This document shows positions 1 to 8,213 of a DNA stretch of 64,000 nucleotides, piece by piece; position 1 is the first letter of the stretch; the number at the start of each line of letters is the position of its first letter. The translations under genes were made by a program, and so were the position numbers. Where the stretch lies: contig URHR01000001.1 of the NCBI GenBank assembly GCA_900547725.1, positions 19,894-83,893 on the forward strand, given 5' to 3'. This stretch comes from an uncultured Eubacteriales bacterium (GTDB taxonomy: Bacteria > Bacillota > Clostridia > Oscillospirales > CAG-272). The notes under the pieces were generated by a model, which was given only the letters and a program-made list of their open reading frames with translations, was not told the origin of the DNA and ran no database searches.

Positions 1-1373
1 TCATGCCACGGATGCTTGGAGACGGAAAGCGCGCCGTCCTTGACTTCATACGCCCATTTGTCCTTGCACTTGTCGGTCGGGGTGATCGTTTGCGTAATGC
101 CCGCTTCGGCAGGGGTTGTCACACTTTCGAAATCCTGACTCCAGACAGTGGTCAGCTTGGTCGGCAGGCGCGGGGTGTCGTCCCCGCCCTCTTCGTAAGT
201 GCCCTTTTCGATCGCGTCGAGCATTCCGCCCAACAGCTCGGCGTATTCTCTGTGTTCCGCCTCGGTGGGATGGTTGCCGCCCGCCGCCTGATCCGCGATG
301 TACACATAGTATTTCTCCGCCGCACCGCCAAGCTCATGCGTTACGCGCTTGATGATGTCGTTGTACTCGGTTTTCATCATACCGCCAACCAGAACGATGC
401 GGCAGTCCGCGCCGTTCTTCTCGCGCACCACGGCAACGAACGCCTTCAGCTTTGCCTCAAAGTCTGCGGCGGAAAGATTCTGAAACGCATCGTTTGTTCC
501 GACATTGAGAATCGAATAGTCCGCCTTCCGCGCAAAGCCGTACTCGGTTTTCATCGAGCGGTTGGGGCTTGCGTACTTGTAGCCCGCGAAAATGCCCGGA
601 TTTCCGACCGTCAGGCCCTGTCCCGAAAGCGCCATGACCGAAAGATCTGCGCCCATCGCCTCGGCGATCAGATAGGGGTATGCCATCGTTGCGTCCTGAT
701 CGCTGTAAGCGCCCTTGTGGTCGCCGATCACGCCCCAACCGCAGCAGATGCTGTCGCCGACGAATTCCAGAAGCAGGTTCTTCGCCGCAGGCGCGGTCTC
801 GGCAACCGTTCCGTCAAAGGACACGCTCTTGAGCATCGTGTTCGCCAGCGTGTAGCCCGTGACCTTGACCAAGCGGACGGTATGCGTGCCTTCGGGCAGA
901 TTCTTCAGGGTGATGGTCGCGTCACCCTTTTTCACTTCGTAGTAAGCGCTCTCGCCGTTGATGTATGCCGCGCCGTCCACATATGCGCGGAAGAAGCAGC
1001 CTTCCTTTCCCGCGCCCATATTGGTGGTGACCGAGAGGGCAAAGGTAATATCGCCCTTTCCGGTTGCAACAAACTCAATGCCCGACGCGCTCCAGTCGCA
1101 GGGAATGCCGTCCGCCATTGCTTCCATACGGGGGTCAAGCTTCTTCACCCACGCGCTGCTCCCGTTCAGTGCAAAGACGGTTCTGTCATCGGGCGTTTCG
1201 GGGTTATCCGGCGTGTTCGACGACCCGGGCGTTTTGGTTGTTCCGTCCGCCTTCTGCGCCTCGGTTGTGGAGCGCGCGGAAGTGCCCGGGTTTTTGGAGG
1301 GGTCGTTCGTTGCGCAGGATGCGAAAGGCACTGCCATGGCAAGCGCCAGTAAAATAGCCGCTACTCGTTTCAT
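1..1373 (-). CDS. Lipoprotein, CE2-like SGNH/GDSL carbohydrate esterase with an extra C-terminal lectin-like domain (3' end runs off the left edge)
   Basis: Absent from the ORF track because there is no stop in the window. My own minus-strand translation from the ATG at 1373 gives MKRVAAILLALAMAVPFASC (lipobox). Later motifs are LLEFVGDSICCGWG (GDS block), ILNVGTNDA and AAGGNHP (His block), and the sequence ends KWAYEVKDGALSVSKHPWH at the edge. RBS AAGGAGAG lies upstream. Confidence 0.75.
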   Translation of the reverse strand, partial: MKRVAAILLALAMAVPFASCATNDPSKNPGTSARSTTEAQKADGTTKTPGSSNTPDNPETPDDRTVFALNGSSAWVKKLDPRMEAMADGIPCDWSASGIEFVATGKGDITFALSVTTNMGAGKEGCFFRAYVDGAAYINGESAYYEVKKGDATITLKNLPEGTHTVRLVKVTGYTLANTMLKSVSFDGTVAETAPAAKNLLLEFVGDSICCGWGVIGDHKGAYSDQDATMAYPYLIAEAMGADLSVMALSGQGLTVGNPGIFAGYKYASPNRSMKTEYGFARKADYSILNVGTNDAFQNLSAADFEAKLKAFVAVVREKNGADCRIVLVGGMMKTEYNDIIKRVTHELGGAAEKYYVYIADQAAGGNHPTEAEHREYAELLGGMLDAIEKGTYEEGGDDTPRLPTKLTTVWSQDFESVTTPAEAGITQTITPTDKCKDKWAYEVKDGALSVSKHPWH

Positions 1374-1394
1374 AGAACTCTCCTTATCGGTTTA

Positions 1395-2573
1395 TCAGTT
1401 TTTGATGGTGAGAAGTCTCAGGTTGTCGATGGTCATTGCGGTGTTCTGCGCCCAAAGAACGATTGCGCTGTTCCCGGTCACATTGAAGGCCTTATCAAAG
1501 GTATAAGAGGAACAATATACTCCGTTGGCAAAGACAGTCGTCCGGCATCCTTCTTCGGTGCTCTCTACAAGGATAGAAAGACGGAAGGTTGCCTTTGCTG
1601 CATCCACATTCAGGAACTCTTTGCGGATGGATTTCTCGGTCTGCTTCGGCTCAAAGTCAATATAGTTCGTCACAACCGGCTTGGTAATCGCACCGCTTCC
1701 CCAACCGTTTCCGAGGTTCTGCCGCAAAGCAATTGCCAGAGCGCCGGCCTGATTGTTGTCACGATCGGTTGCGGAAAGCGCATTATCCCCGTTGAGAAGC
1801 AGGCAAAATACCGCCAATTCGTTGATGGTCAGATCCATTTCCAGAAGATAGGTTTTCGCCGCCTTCAACGTATTGGCATCCGCCAGAGTGAGATAGTAAT
1901 CCGCATTCTCATGCCAACCGTGCTTCGGAACTGACAACTTGCCGTCAACCACTTTGACATCCCAACCGCCGCATTTCGATGTCGCGGCAATCGTTTTTGT
2001 AATTCCCGCTTCATCCGGCGTTGCCGCGCTGTCAAAATTCTGACTCAAAGCCACTTCGGCAAACACGCCGTTCCGGTCAACCGCCATTGTCACAGGCGAG
2101 GAGACAACCGTCTCTCCGTCCTTGACGTAGACGGTAACCGAGAAGGTGACCGTCAGGTTGGACGGAACGCCCTTGATAATCGCCGCAAAAATACCCTTGG
2201 CATTCGCGTCGCCCGCAAGTTCCGCCGCAGTCACGCTCTTGGTCACGCCGTTCACCGTCTCCTTTACAGACGAATAGACCGTCGAGCCCTCCAACCCGTC
2301 TGCCGCGTTGTAAAGAACGCTCTTCTGCTCGCCGTCCGATACAAAGTTCGCGCGGATTTCCATACCGAGCGCCGTGCCGCGCAGGTCGGAAACAGTGGCA
2401 AGGAAACGCACGTCGTGCAGGGTTTCATCGGTTGCGTTGACCGCCGTTTGCACCGAACAAAGCGTCGGCGCTGTCAGGGTCACGGTATCGGTCGGTGCTT
2501 CCTCTGCGTGCGCCGTAACGGCAAACGACAGGAGCATTGCAAGGATCAACAAAATGGGTAGAATTCGTTTCAT
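1395..2573 (-). CDS. Secreted protein with a C-terminal concanavalin/LamG-like domain
   Basis: The ORF 1395..2822 is trimmed to the internal ATG at 2573, which has a GGAGG RBS and a signal peptide (MKRILPILLILAMLLSFAVTAHAEE). Its C-terminal block CGGWDVKVVDGKLSVPKHGWH matches the end of the neighbouring esterase. Confidence 0.7.
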   Translation of the reverse strand: MKRILPILLILAMLLSFAVTAHAEEAPTDTVTLTAPTLCSVQTAVNATDETLHDVRFLATVSDLRGTALGMEIRANFVSDGEQKSVLYNAADGLEGSTVYSSVKETVNGVTKSVTAAELAGDANAKGIFAAIIKGVPSNLTVTFSVTVYVKDGETVVSSPVTMAVDRNGVFAEVALSQNFDSAATPDEAGITKTIAATSKCGGWDVKVVDGKLSVPKHGWHENADYYLTLADANTLKAAKTYLLEMDLTINELAVFCLLLNGDNALSATDRDNNQAGALAIALRQNLGNGWGSGAITKPVVTNYIDFEPKQTEKSIRKEFLNVDAAKATFRLSILVESTEEGCRTTVFANGVYCSSYTFDKAFNVTGNSAIVLWAQNTAMTIDNLRLLTIKN

Positions 2574-2589
2574 CTTCTGATTCCTCCGT

Positions 2590-3510
2590 TTAAGAGTTGA
2601 TTTTGAACCGCAGAACCGTTGGGCAGTGGTCGCTGACCGACAGCAACCGCTCCTCGGCAACAATGCGGTATTCTTCCGCCCGAACGCGGGCGGTGGGATC
2701 GAAAAGGAACGCATGGTCAATTGCATAGGGGTAATGGAGCGCGGGCATTTCGTCTCTCTCCTGCTTCTCCCCTTTTCCCGAGGACGGGTGACAGGATGCG
2801 CGGTTGTCGCGCTCCGCCGCAAGGTCGTGCGTATCGCGAAACCCCAGTTCCGTCAGCCGTTTCGCGCCGCCTGCCGCAATGCCGGAATTGAAATCTCCGC
2901 AGAGCAGAACCGGGCAGGCATACGTTTCTGACAGGGCTGTCAGCTTTGCATGGATGAACTCCGCCTCTTCGGGCTGACACCACGTGCGCAGGCTGAGATG
3001 CGTGTTCGCAACCAACAGTCTGCCGCCATAGCCGCAGGGACTTCCGTTCAGCAGAACCCATGAGAGACTGCGAAACCGCGAACCGGGCTTTGCCGCCTCC
3101 GGGGCTTCCTCGGGGTATGCGTAGCGCGGGGATTCGTTGCAGGCATGGGCGGGATAGGTTTCGCGGCAGTCGTTTTTGGTGTCCACCACCGAAAAACCGT
3201 TTGCCGTGAAGTCCCACCTTCCCGCCGCTTCCTCCCGCCATCGGTCGGGGCGGTACAGAATCGGATTCCAACTCCCGCCCGGCAGCTCGCCGCTCCCCTT
3301 TGCCTCGGTATACGCTTTCCCGAGCGCGGGCAGAAACGCGGTGTCATGCCGATAGTAGTAGTCGAACTCCTGCAGGCAGATGAGATCGGGCGCGCGATCC
3401 GCGAGCCACGCGGCGGCGCGGAGTGCACGTTCCGCAGCGGTCCGATAGACCGCCGTTCCCGGCATCCACGCGTTGAGCAGATTCCAGGATACGCAAAGGG
3501 ATTCGGTCAT
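2590..3510 (-). CDS. Endonuclease/exonuclease/phosphatase (EEP) family protein, no signal peptide
   Basis: EEP motifs are present: SWNLLNAW, LICLQEFD, LCGDFNS, SDHCPTVLRF. The start is chosen at MTESL because its ATG overlaps the stop of the upstream micro-ORF (ATGA). Confidence 0.85.
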   Translation of the reverse strand: MTESLCVSWNLLNAWMPGTAVYRTAAERALRAAAWLADRAPDLICLQEFDYYYRHDTAFLPALGKAYTEAKGSGELPGGSWNPILYRPDRWREEAAGRWDFTANGFSVVDTKNDCRETYPAHACNESPRYAYPEEAPEAAKPGSRFRSLSWVLLNGSPCGYGGRLLVANTHLSLRTWCQPEEAEFIHAKLTALSETYACPVLLCGDFNSGIAAGGAKRLTELGFRDTHDLAAERDNRASCHPSSGKGEKQERDEMPALHYPYAIDHAFLFDPTARVRAEEYRIVAEERLLSVSDHCPTVLRFKINS

Positions 3511-3635
3511 CCGAGTTTCCATGCCGCCTCGCAGTCAAGCGCGTCGCCCTGCGAAAGCGTCAGCGATCCGGTCAGAATATCCTGCGCGGACAGCTCGACG
3601 GATGCCATCATGGGGGTTGTGTACAGCTTTTTCAT
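3507..3635 (-). CDS. Micro-ORF P1 (42 aa), member of the QDILT peptide family
   Basis: Sequence is MKKLYTTPMMASVELSAQDILTGSLTLSQGDALDCEAAWKLG. RBS AAAGGAGAGG lies 5 nt upstream. The stop overlaps the next ATG. Two paralogs sit at 31639..31758 and 41722..41874. Confidence 0.6.
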   Translation of the reverse strand: MKKLYTTPMMASVELSAQDILTGSLTLSQGDALDCEAAWKLG

Positions 3636-3667
3636 AACTACCTCTCCTTTCTTATTTTTCGGGTTCA

Positions 3668-5419
3668 TCAGGTTTTGGTAAATGCAAGTACGGTCGGGCA
3701 ATGGTCGCTCGCGCTCAGAAGGTTCCCGTCGGTCAGAACCAGATACACCTGCGGACGGATTCCTCCGAGCGTGAGAATATGGTCAATGGCATCGCTCTCA
3801 TAGCGCCCGCCCGGCGCTTTTCCGAGCTCGTGCCAAGTTCCCGAATCGTTGCGGACTTTCGCGGTATCGTAGGTGTCCGCAAACCCCTTTGCGCGCAGTT
3901 GCTCCAGAACGCCTTCCGATTGCGTGCGGCGGGAGTTATAATCCCCGCAGAGCAGGGTCACACAGCCCTCGTAGCGCGCGGCAACGCCCCGCATGGTATC
4001 CGAGACCACCGTTGCCTCCGCAGGATGCGTTCCGAGCGGCAGACTGGCATGGAAATTGCCGACCAGATACAGGCTTCCGTCCGAGCGGTCGCGCAGAACC
4101 GCCCAGATCAGCTTGCGGAAGCGGGAAACGCCGTCCGCCGCGCCCGGGTAGGTGGTAGATTCCACCGCGCCTGCGGCTTCCACCAGATCCAGCCATCCCG
4201 ATTCCGCCACCGTGTAACGGTCCTTGCGATAGAGAATCGGATTCCAGATGTTGTTCTGCTCTACGCCGTCCACCGTAACCTCGGCGTAAAGCGCCTTCGT
4301 CTGATCCAGAAGCCCGCGGGGCGCTTTGCGGTAGCTGACGTCGAATTCCTGCAGGCAGATGAAGTCCGGCAGGTAGGAAAGCAGCATCGCCGCCACAGTA
4401 TCGTCGCGCGTTCCGGGCGTTGCGTTGTTCTGCCAGACATTCAACACGTTCAGCGTGATGATAATCCGGTCGCCGCTCCTCTCGGAGACCGTGACAAGAC
4501 CGTCCATCTCCAGTTTTTCGCCGCCCGTGACGTTGGCAAACCGATTTTCGAGATAGAGCCGCAGAAGCGTTTCGGACAGCCCGTCGCCGTATTCCAGACG
4601 GTATTCCGTCCCGCTCCGCGCAATCCGGTAACCGTTCAGTCCCTCGGTCTTGCGGATGACAATGCGGTTCTGCGCCCCGTCGGCAGTGCCGTCGGGTTTC
4701 GCCCGCATCAACATCTCTCCCGAGGTGCTCCGCACGGTTTCAATCAGCTGTGCGGCAAGGTTCGCTTCGGTCTCGGTGCAGTCTACCTGATAGTCCGAGA
4801 CAGGCGCGCCGCCAACGGTCAGCGAACCGATCTGGTAGCTTGCATCATGCGACAGCTTCAGCGCGCTCCGCTTCAGGCAGAGGTTTCCGTCCCGCATCAC
4901 GAGCGCGTCGGTCATCTGCCCGGAGGCAATCCACAGCGCGGAATAGGTATAGGCGGCAAGCGTGATACAGCCCGCGTCGCCCGTTACCCTGAAATCGTTG
5001 TAGCGAAGCCCGCGGAACGAATCCCCCGCATAGCCCGCGACGTTTCCGACCGCAATGACCCCGCCGATGTCGTCGGGAATTCTGCGGTCGCTCCAGACCT
5101 GAAATTCCACGCCGCTCTTCTCTTCCCAATCCGCCGCGAGCGTGCGCGCAATCTTTGCGTAGTCCGCAGAGGAAACGCCGTCGGGCAGATTGGTTTGCTG
5201 ATAAACGAAGGCATAGAGCGCCTTGCCGTCGGCGGTCAGTTCCAGCCGGTCGGCGGAATCGTCCGCAGACGCCGGGGCGGTTTCCGTGTTGCCCGGGGCT
5301 TTGGTCAAAGCTTCCGTCCCGCGCGGCTTCGTTCCGGTCGGCGTACCCGATCCGCCCGGGTTACATCCGACCAGAAGAAACGCAAAAACCAGCAAAAACA
5401 GAAATGTTCTTTTCATCAT
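3668..5419 (-). CDS. Lipoprotein with an N-terminal alpha/beta module and a C-terminal EEP-fold hydrolase domain
   Basis: Lipobox MMKRTFLFLLVFAFLLVGC. EEP motifs are TLNVLNVW, FICLQEFD, LCGDYNS, SDHCPTVLAF. Confidence 0.85.
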   Translation of the reverse strand: MMKRTFLFLLVFAFLLVGCNPGGSGTPTGTKPRGTEALTKAPGNTETAPASADDSADRLELTADGKALYAFVYQQTNLPDGVSSADYAKIARTLAADWEEKSGVEFQVWSDRRIPDDIGGVIAVGNVAGYAGDSFRGLRYNDFRVTGDAGCITLAAYTYSALWIASGQMTDALVMRDGNLCLKRSALKLSHDASYQIGSLTVGGAPVSDYQVDCTETEANLAAQLIETVRSTSGEMLMRAKPDGTADGAQNRIVIRKTEGLNGYRIARSGTEYRLEYGDGLSETLLRLYLENRFANVTGGEKLEMDGLVTVSERSGDRIIITLNVLNVWQNNATPGTRDDTVAAMLLSYLPDFICLQEFDVSYRKAPRGLLDQTKALYAEVTVDGVEQNNIWNPILYRKDRYTVAESGWLDLVEAAGAVESTTYPGAADGVSRFRKLIWAVLRDRSDGSLYLVGNFHASLPLGTHPAEATVVSDTMRGVAARYEGCVTLLCGDYNSRRTQSEGVLEQLRAKGFADTYDTAKVRNDSGTWHELGKAPGGRYESDAIDHILTLGGIRPQVYLVLTDGNLLSASDHCPTVLAFTKT

Positions 5420-5440
5420 AGACGATAAACAGCCCTGCCG

Positions 5441-6931
5441 TTAATAACCGAAGCGCGAGTTGATGTTGTCAATCACTCTCTGCATATTCTCAGCTTTTCC
5501 GTTCAGCGCCGAGTACCAGTCGTCGGACGTGTTGTTGTAAAGCCGCTTGCGGAAGAGCGCGACGGGAGAATCCTCCCAGTCGAATTCGTTGGCAAAAATC
5601 CGCCCCATGTCATAGGTCTTGGAAGAGACGATCAGGTCGAACATCTTTGCGTTGATCGGGTCGTCCTGTCCGCGATACTTCAGAAGATCGTAAACCTTCG
5701 GCTGAACCGTGCGGTAGCCGCCCGAGGCAAGCGCCTCCATGACATACGCCGCGCGCTCGGTATTCTCGCAGTAGGTCGTCATCGACCACATGGTGTACGG
5801 GAAGCCCGAGGTGGAGTAGTACTCCTTCTGTTCGGTGTCCGCCTTCGGGAACGGAAGATAGCCGTAGCGGTCGTTCATCTTCTCGCGGTTCTTCATCAGA
5901 ACCAGAAAACTCGTCCCCGCCAGAACCGCACGCCCTTCGGTGAAGATATCAAAGCTGTAGGAGGTCGGATAGTAGTAATCGTCGCTCTTGAAGCAGGCGA
6001 TCAGGTCGCGCGAAAGATCGTAGATCGCACTTCCGCGGAATTCGGGCGCGATAATCAGCTTGCCTTCGTCATCGGTAGAGAGATACTTCAGACCGTTCGA
6101 CGCCAGAAACGCGTCGCCCACAACGGAATCCATTCCGATGTAACCGAAGGTATCGCCCGGATCTTTGCCCGAGACCTCGCTGTTCGTGTCCAGATAGGCG
6201 TTCCGAGAGATCTTATAGAACTCCTCCATGGTCCACAGCCCCTCCTGCGCCAGTTCGCGCGGGTCGGTCAGCGTGTCGTCCGCGTCGATCTTCGCCATAT
6301 TGACGCTCATGACAAAGGTCTGCAGAATGCCCGCCGCAGAGATGGAACCCGAGGCAAAATAAAGCTTATCGTTGATGGTCGCGCCCTTCAGAAGCGACGC
6401 CGACCACCAAGGCTTGGAGAAATCGAGAATGTTCCCGTATTCGTTCAGGTCGCGCAGGAAGCCGTCCGCCGAGAAGTTCGCCGCGCACTGGCTGTAGCAG
6501 GCGATCAGATCCACGGTCGTTCCCGACCGCAGTGCGTTCTCCACATTGGTAACATACTCGGTTCTGTCCGCGTTTCCGCCGTTGTAGTTCAGGTTGAACT
6601 CCAGAACCACCTTCAGGCGCTCCTGAACCAGCTCGTTGCGCGAAAAGGTCTGCTCGGCAATCTCGTCCCCCTTCGCGTAGTCCGTGTTGAAATCGTAGGA
6701 AGCTTCGCTGTTGCTCCACCCCATTACGCGCACGGTCTCGTTTCCGTAGTTCAGCCCTGCGGGAATCGAATCCCGGATGTACCCGTTTTCGTCATACGGA
6801 TTTTCGGTTGTCCCGGCGTCGGTTGTCGGTCCGTCGGTTTTTCCCGGATTCGGCGGTGCGGTCTTGCTGCCACACCCGAACAGGATTGCGGCAACCAGAA
6901 TCAGACAAAGAAGCAATGCAATTTTTTTCAT
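5441..6931 (-). CDS. Large lipoprotein solute-binding protein (ABC family-1 / LplA-like)
   Basis: ATG at 6931 with a GGGAGG RBS; the track start at 6937 is TTG. Lipobox MKKIALLLCLILVAAILFGC. Blocks FSRNELVQERL, YSQCAANF and FSKPWW are shared with the SBPs at 33974, 41910 and 54117. Confidence 0.85.
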   Translation of the reverse strand: MKKIALLLCLILVAAILFGCGSKTAPPNPGKTDGPTTDAGTTENPYDENGYIRDSIPAGLNYGNETVRVMGWSNSEASYDFNTDYAKGDEIAEQTFSRNELVQERLKVVLEFNLNYNGGNADRTEYVTNVENALRSGTTVDLIACYSQCAANFSADGFLRDLNEYGNILDFSKPWWSASLLKGATINDKLYFASGSISAAGILQTFVMSVNMAKIDADDTLTDPRELAQEGLWTMEEFYKISRNAYLDTNSEVSGKDPGDTFGYIGMDSVVGDAFLASNGLKYLSTDDEGKLIIAPEFRGSAIYDLSRDLIACFKSDDYYYPTSYSFDIFTEGRAVLAGTSFLVLMKNREKMNDRYGYLPFPKADTEQKEYYSTSGFPYTMWSMTTYCENTERAAYVMEALASGGYRTVQPKVYDLLKYRGQDDPINAKMFDLIVSSKTYDMGRIFANEFDWEDSPVALFRKRLYNNTSDDWYSALNGKAENMQRVIDNINSRFGY

Positions 6932-6962
6932 AAGCAACCTCCCGTTTAAGTATTACAGCCTC

Positions 6963-6991
6963 ATTATAGCAAATTCGGAACGATTATGCAA
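6963..6991 (-). promoter_or_regulatory. Candidate sigma-A promoter of the SBP/EEP operon
   Basis: On the minus strand the layout is TTGCAT (6991-6986), a 17-nt spacer, then TATAAT (6968-6963), about 30 nt upstream of the ATG. Confidence 0.45.
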
Positions 6992-7027
6992 TCGACAGTT
7001 TTTAGCATTCGGATATACTATTTTTAT
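6990..7027. promoter_or_regulatory. Candidate AraC operator (two half-sites, minus-strand orientation)
   Basis: 7012-7027 read on the minus strand is ATAAAAATAGTATATC, a 15/16 match to the repeat upstream of GH31. A degenerate second copy sits 22 bp closer to the promoter (6990-7005) and overlaps the -35. Confidence 0.4.
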
Positions 7028-7137
7028 ATTTTCCGCCTTCAAAAGCCTGCTTTTCCTCCACAAAAAAATATTACACAAAACCGGCAGGGTTAAATCGTGC
7101 AAAATTACCAAATCGTTTTTTCCTTTCGGTCAAGCCC

Positions 7138-7166
7138 TTGCAAAATGCGCCCCGGTCTGCTATAAT
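7138..7166 (+). promoter_or_regulatory. Candidate promoter of the AraC gene
   Basis: TTGCAA (7138-7143), a 17-nt spacer, then TATAAT (7161-7166). Confidence 0.4.
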
Positions 7167-7199
7167 CAACGCAGAAACAACCGTTACGGGAGGATGTGC

Positions 7200-8108
7200 A
7201 TGATGGAACCGCTCTACGAAAAAGCCAAGCAGAAAGAGGACAAACTGCTGCGTATTTCCTGTATGCTCTTTGACTACAAGAACAACATCCTGCCGCCGTG
7301 GCAGCCGCACCAGCGCGACCCGCGCACCTGCTGTCACCACCATCTGCACGAGAAAATCGAACTGCTGTATTTTATCGAGGGCACTGTCATCTTCCGGGTT
7401 GACGGCACGCCGTATACCTGCAATCCCGGGGATTTTCTGATCGTCAACCCATTCGAGCCGCACAGCGGGGTCACCTCGCCCGAGTGCGACGTCGTGCGTT
7501 ACTATGCCTTCAATCTCGACTGCAGTCTCCTCAAAAAGCTCCCCGTTTCCCGCCTGAGCGAGATTTTCGACCCGCTTCTCTCGGGTAGCGTCGCTTATCC
7601 CCACACCCTGCCCGCAACCGACCCGGCGGGGCGGATCATCCGGGAGGAGCTGGATGCCATTCTCGCAACCCGGCAGACCCGGAACGCCGAACTCTATCAG
7701 ATCGCCTCGGTCTGTCGGATCATCGCCGCGCTCGGAGACCCGGTCGTCTCCCCGTCCGGCGGAGGGACGCGCTCGGCGGATTTCGTGCGGCGCTGTATCC
7801 TTTATATTCAGAGCAACGACCCGCGCGCCGTCTCGCTGGAAGCCATCTCCCGCACATTTTCCTACAACAAAGCCTACTTCACCACGCTTTTCCGCAAGCA
7901 TTTCGGAGTTCCCTTTACCGATTTTCTCAACCGCTACAAGATCGAAAACGCCCATGCGCTCATCCGTAGCGGCAACCGCAACCTCTCCGAGGTCGCTCAG
8001 CTTTCGGGGTTCAATTATTACGCCTACTTCTTCCGGAAATTCAAAGAGGTCAGCGGAATGACCCCGGGCGAATACGTCGCCTACTGCGACCGCCTTGAAA
8101 AGAAATAA
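7200..8108 (+). CDS. AraC/XylS-family transcriptional regulator (cupin plus HTH)
   Basis: C-terminal HTH region FTDFLNRYKIENAHALIRSGNRNLSEVAQLSGFNYYAYFFRKFKEVSGMTPGEY. The start is placed after GGGAGG at 7188-7193 and could be ATG 7194, 7200 or 7203. Confidence 0.9.
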   Translation: MMEPLYEKAKQKEDKLLRISCMLFDYKNNILPPWQPHQRDPRTCCHHHLHEKIELLYFIEGTVIFRVDGTPYTCNPGDFLIVNPFEPHSGVTSPECDVVRYYAFNLDCSLLKKLPVSRLSEIFDPLLSGSVAYPHTLPATDPAGRIIREELDAILATRQTRNAELYQIASVCRIIAALGDPVVSPSGGGTRSADFVRRCILYIQSNDPRAVSLEAISRTFSYNKAYFTTLFRKHFGVPFTDFLNRYKIENAHALIRSGNRNLSEVAQLSGFNYYAYFFRKFKEVSGMTPGEYVAYCDRLEKK

Positions 8109-8141
8109 AAATCGTATATCCCGCTATAAAAATCGTATATC
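8105..8141 (+). promoter_or_regulatory. Perfect 16-bp direct repeat, candidate AraC operator
   Basis: ATAAAAATCGTATATC occurs at 8105-8120 and again at 8126-8141, a 21-bp offset. The proximal copy overlaps the -35 of the GH31 promoter by 2 nt. Confidence 0.5.
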
Positions 8142-8168
8142 GACACGGAATGCCTTTTTCTGTATAAT
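8140..8168 (+). promoter_or_regulatory. Candidate promoter of the GH31 gene
   Basis: TCGACA (8140-8145), a 17-nt spacer, then TATAAT (8163-8168). Confidence 0.55.
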
Positions 8169-8213
8169 AATTGTATAGCAGATCACAGCCCCGCAATCAG
8201 AAAGGAGTCTCCC

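Noticed and set aside
3-1352. 449-aa plus-strand ORF covering the left end
   Set aside because: It is a shadow of the minus-strand esterase gene. The product is Arg/Gly/Ala/Val-rich with no motifs and no RBS. The opposite strand gives a lipoprotein with clean SGNH blocks.
1395-2822. Long N-terminal extensions suggested by the ORF track (also 17475..20978, 54117..55769, 6777..8108, 45581..46507, 57278..58207, 60641..61936)
   Set aside because: The extensions overlap neighbouring genes or promoters, have no RBS and encode junk-like sequence. Internal starts have GGAG-type RBSs and begin with signal peptides or conserved N-termini.
3701-5428. 575-aa plus-strand ORF antisense to the EEP lipoprotein gene
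   Set aside because: Typical high-GC antisense ORF with Arg-rich, low-complexity translation. The same reasoning applies to 9096..10868(-), 39599..41707(-), 41934..43601(-), 43622..45448(-), 46486..47346(+), 47776..49188(+), 49433..52036(+), 52908..54083(+), 54105..55259(+) and 55726..57264(+).
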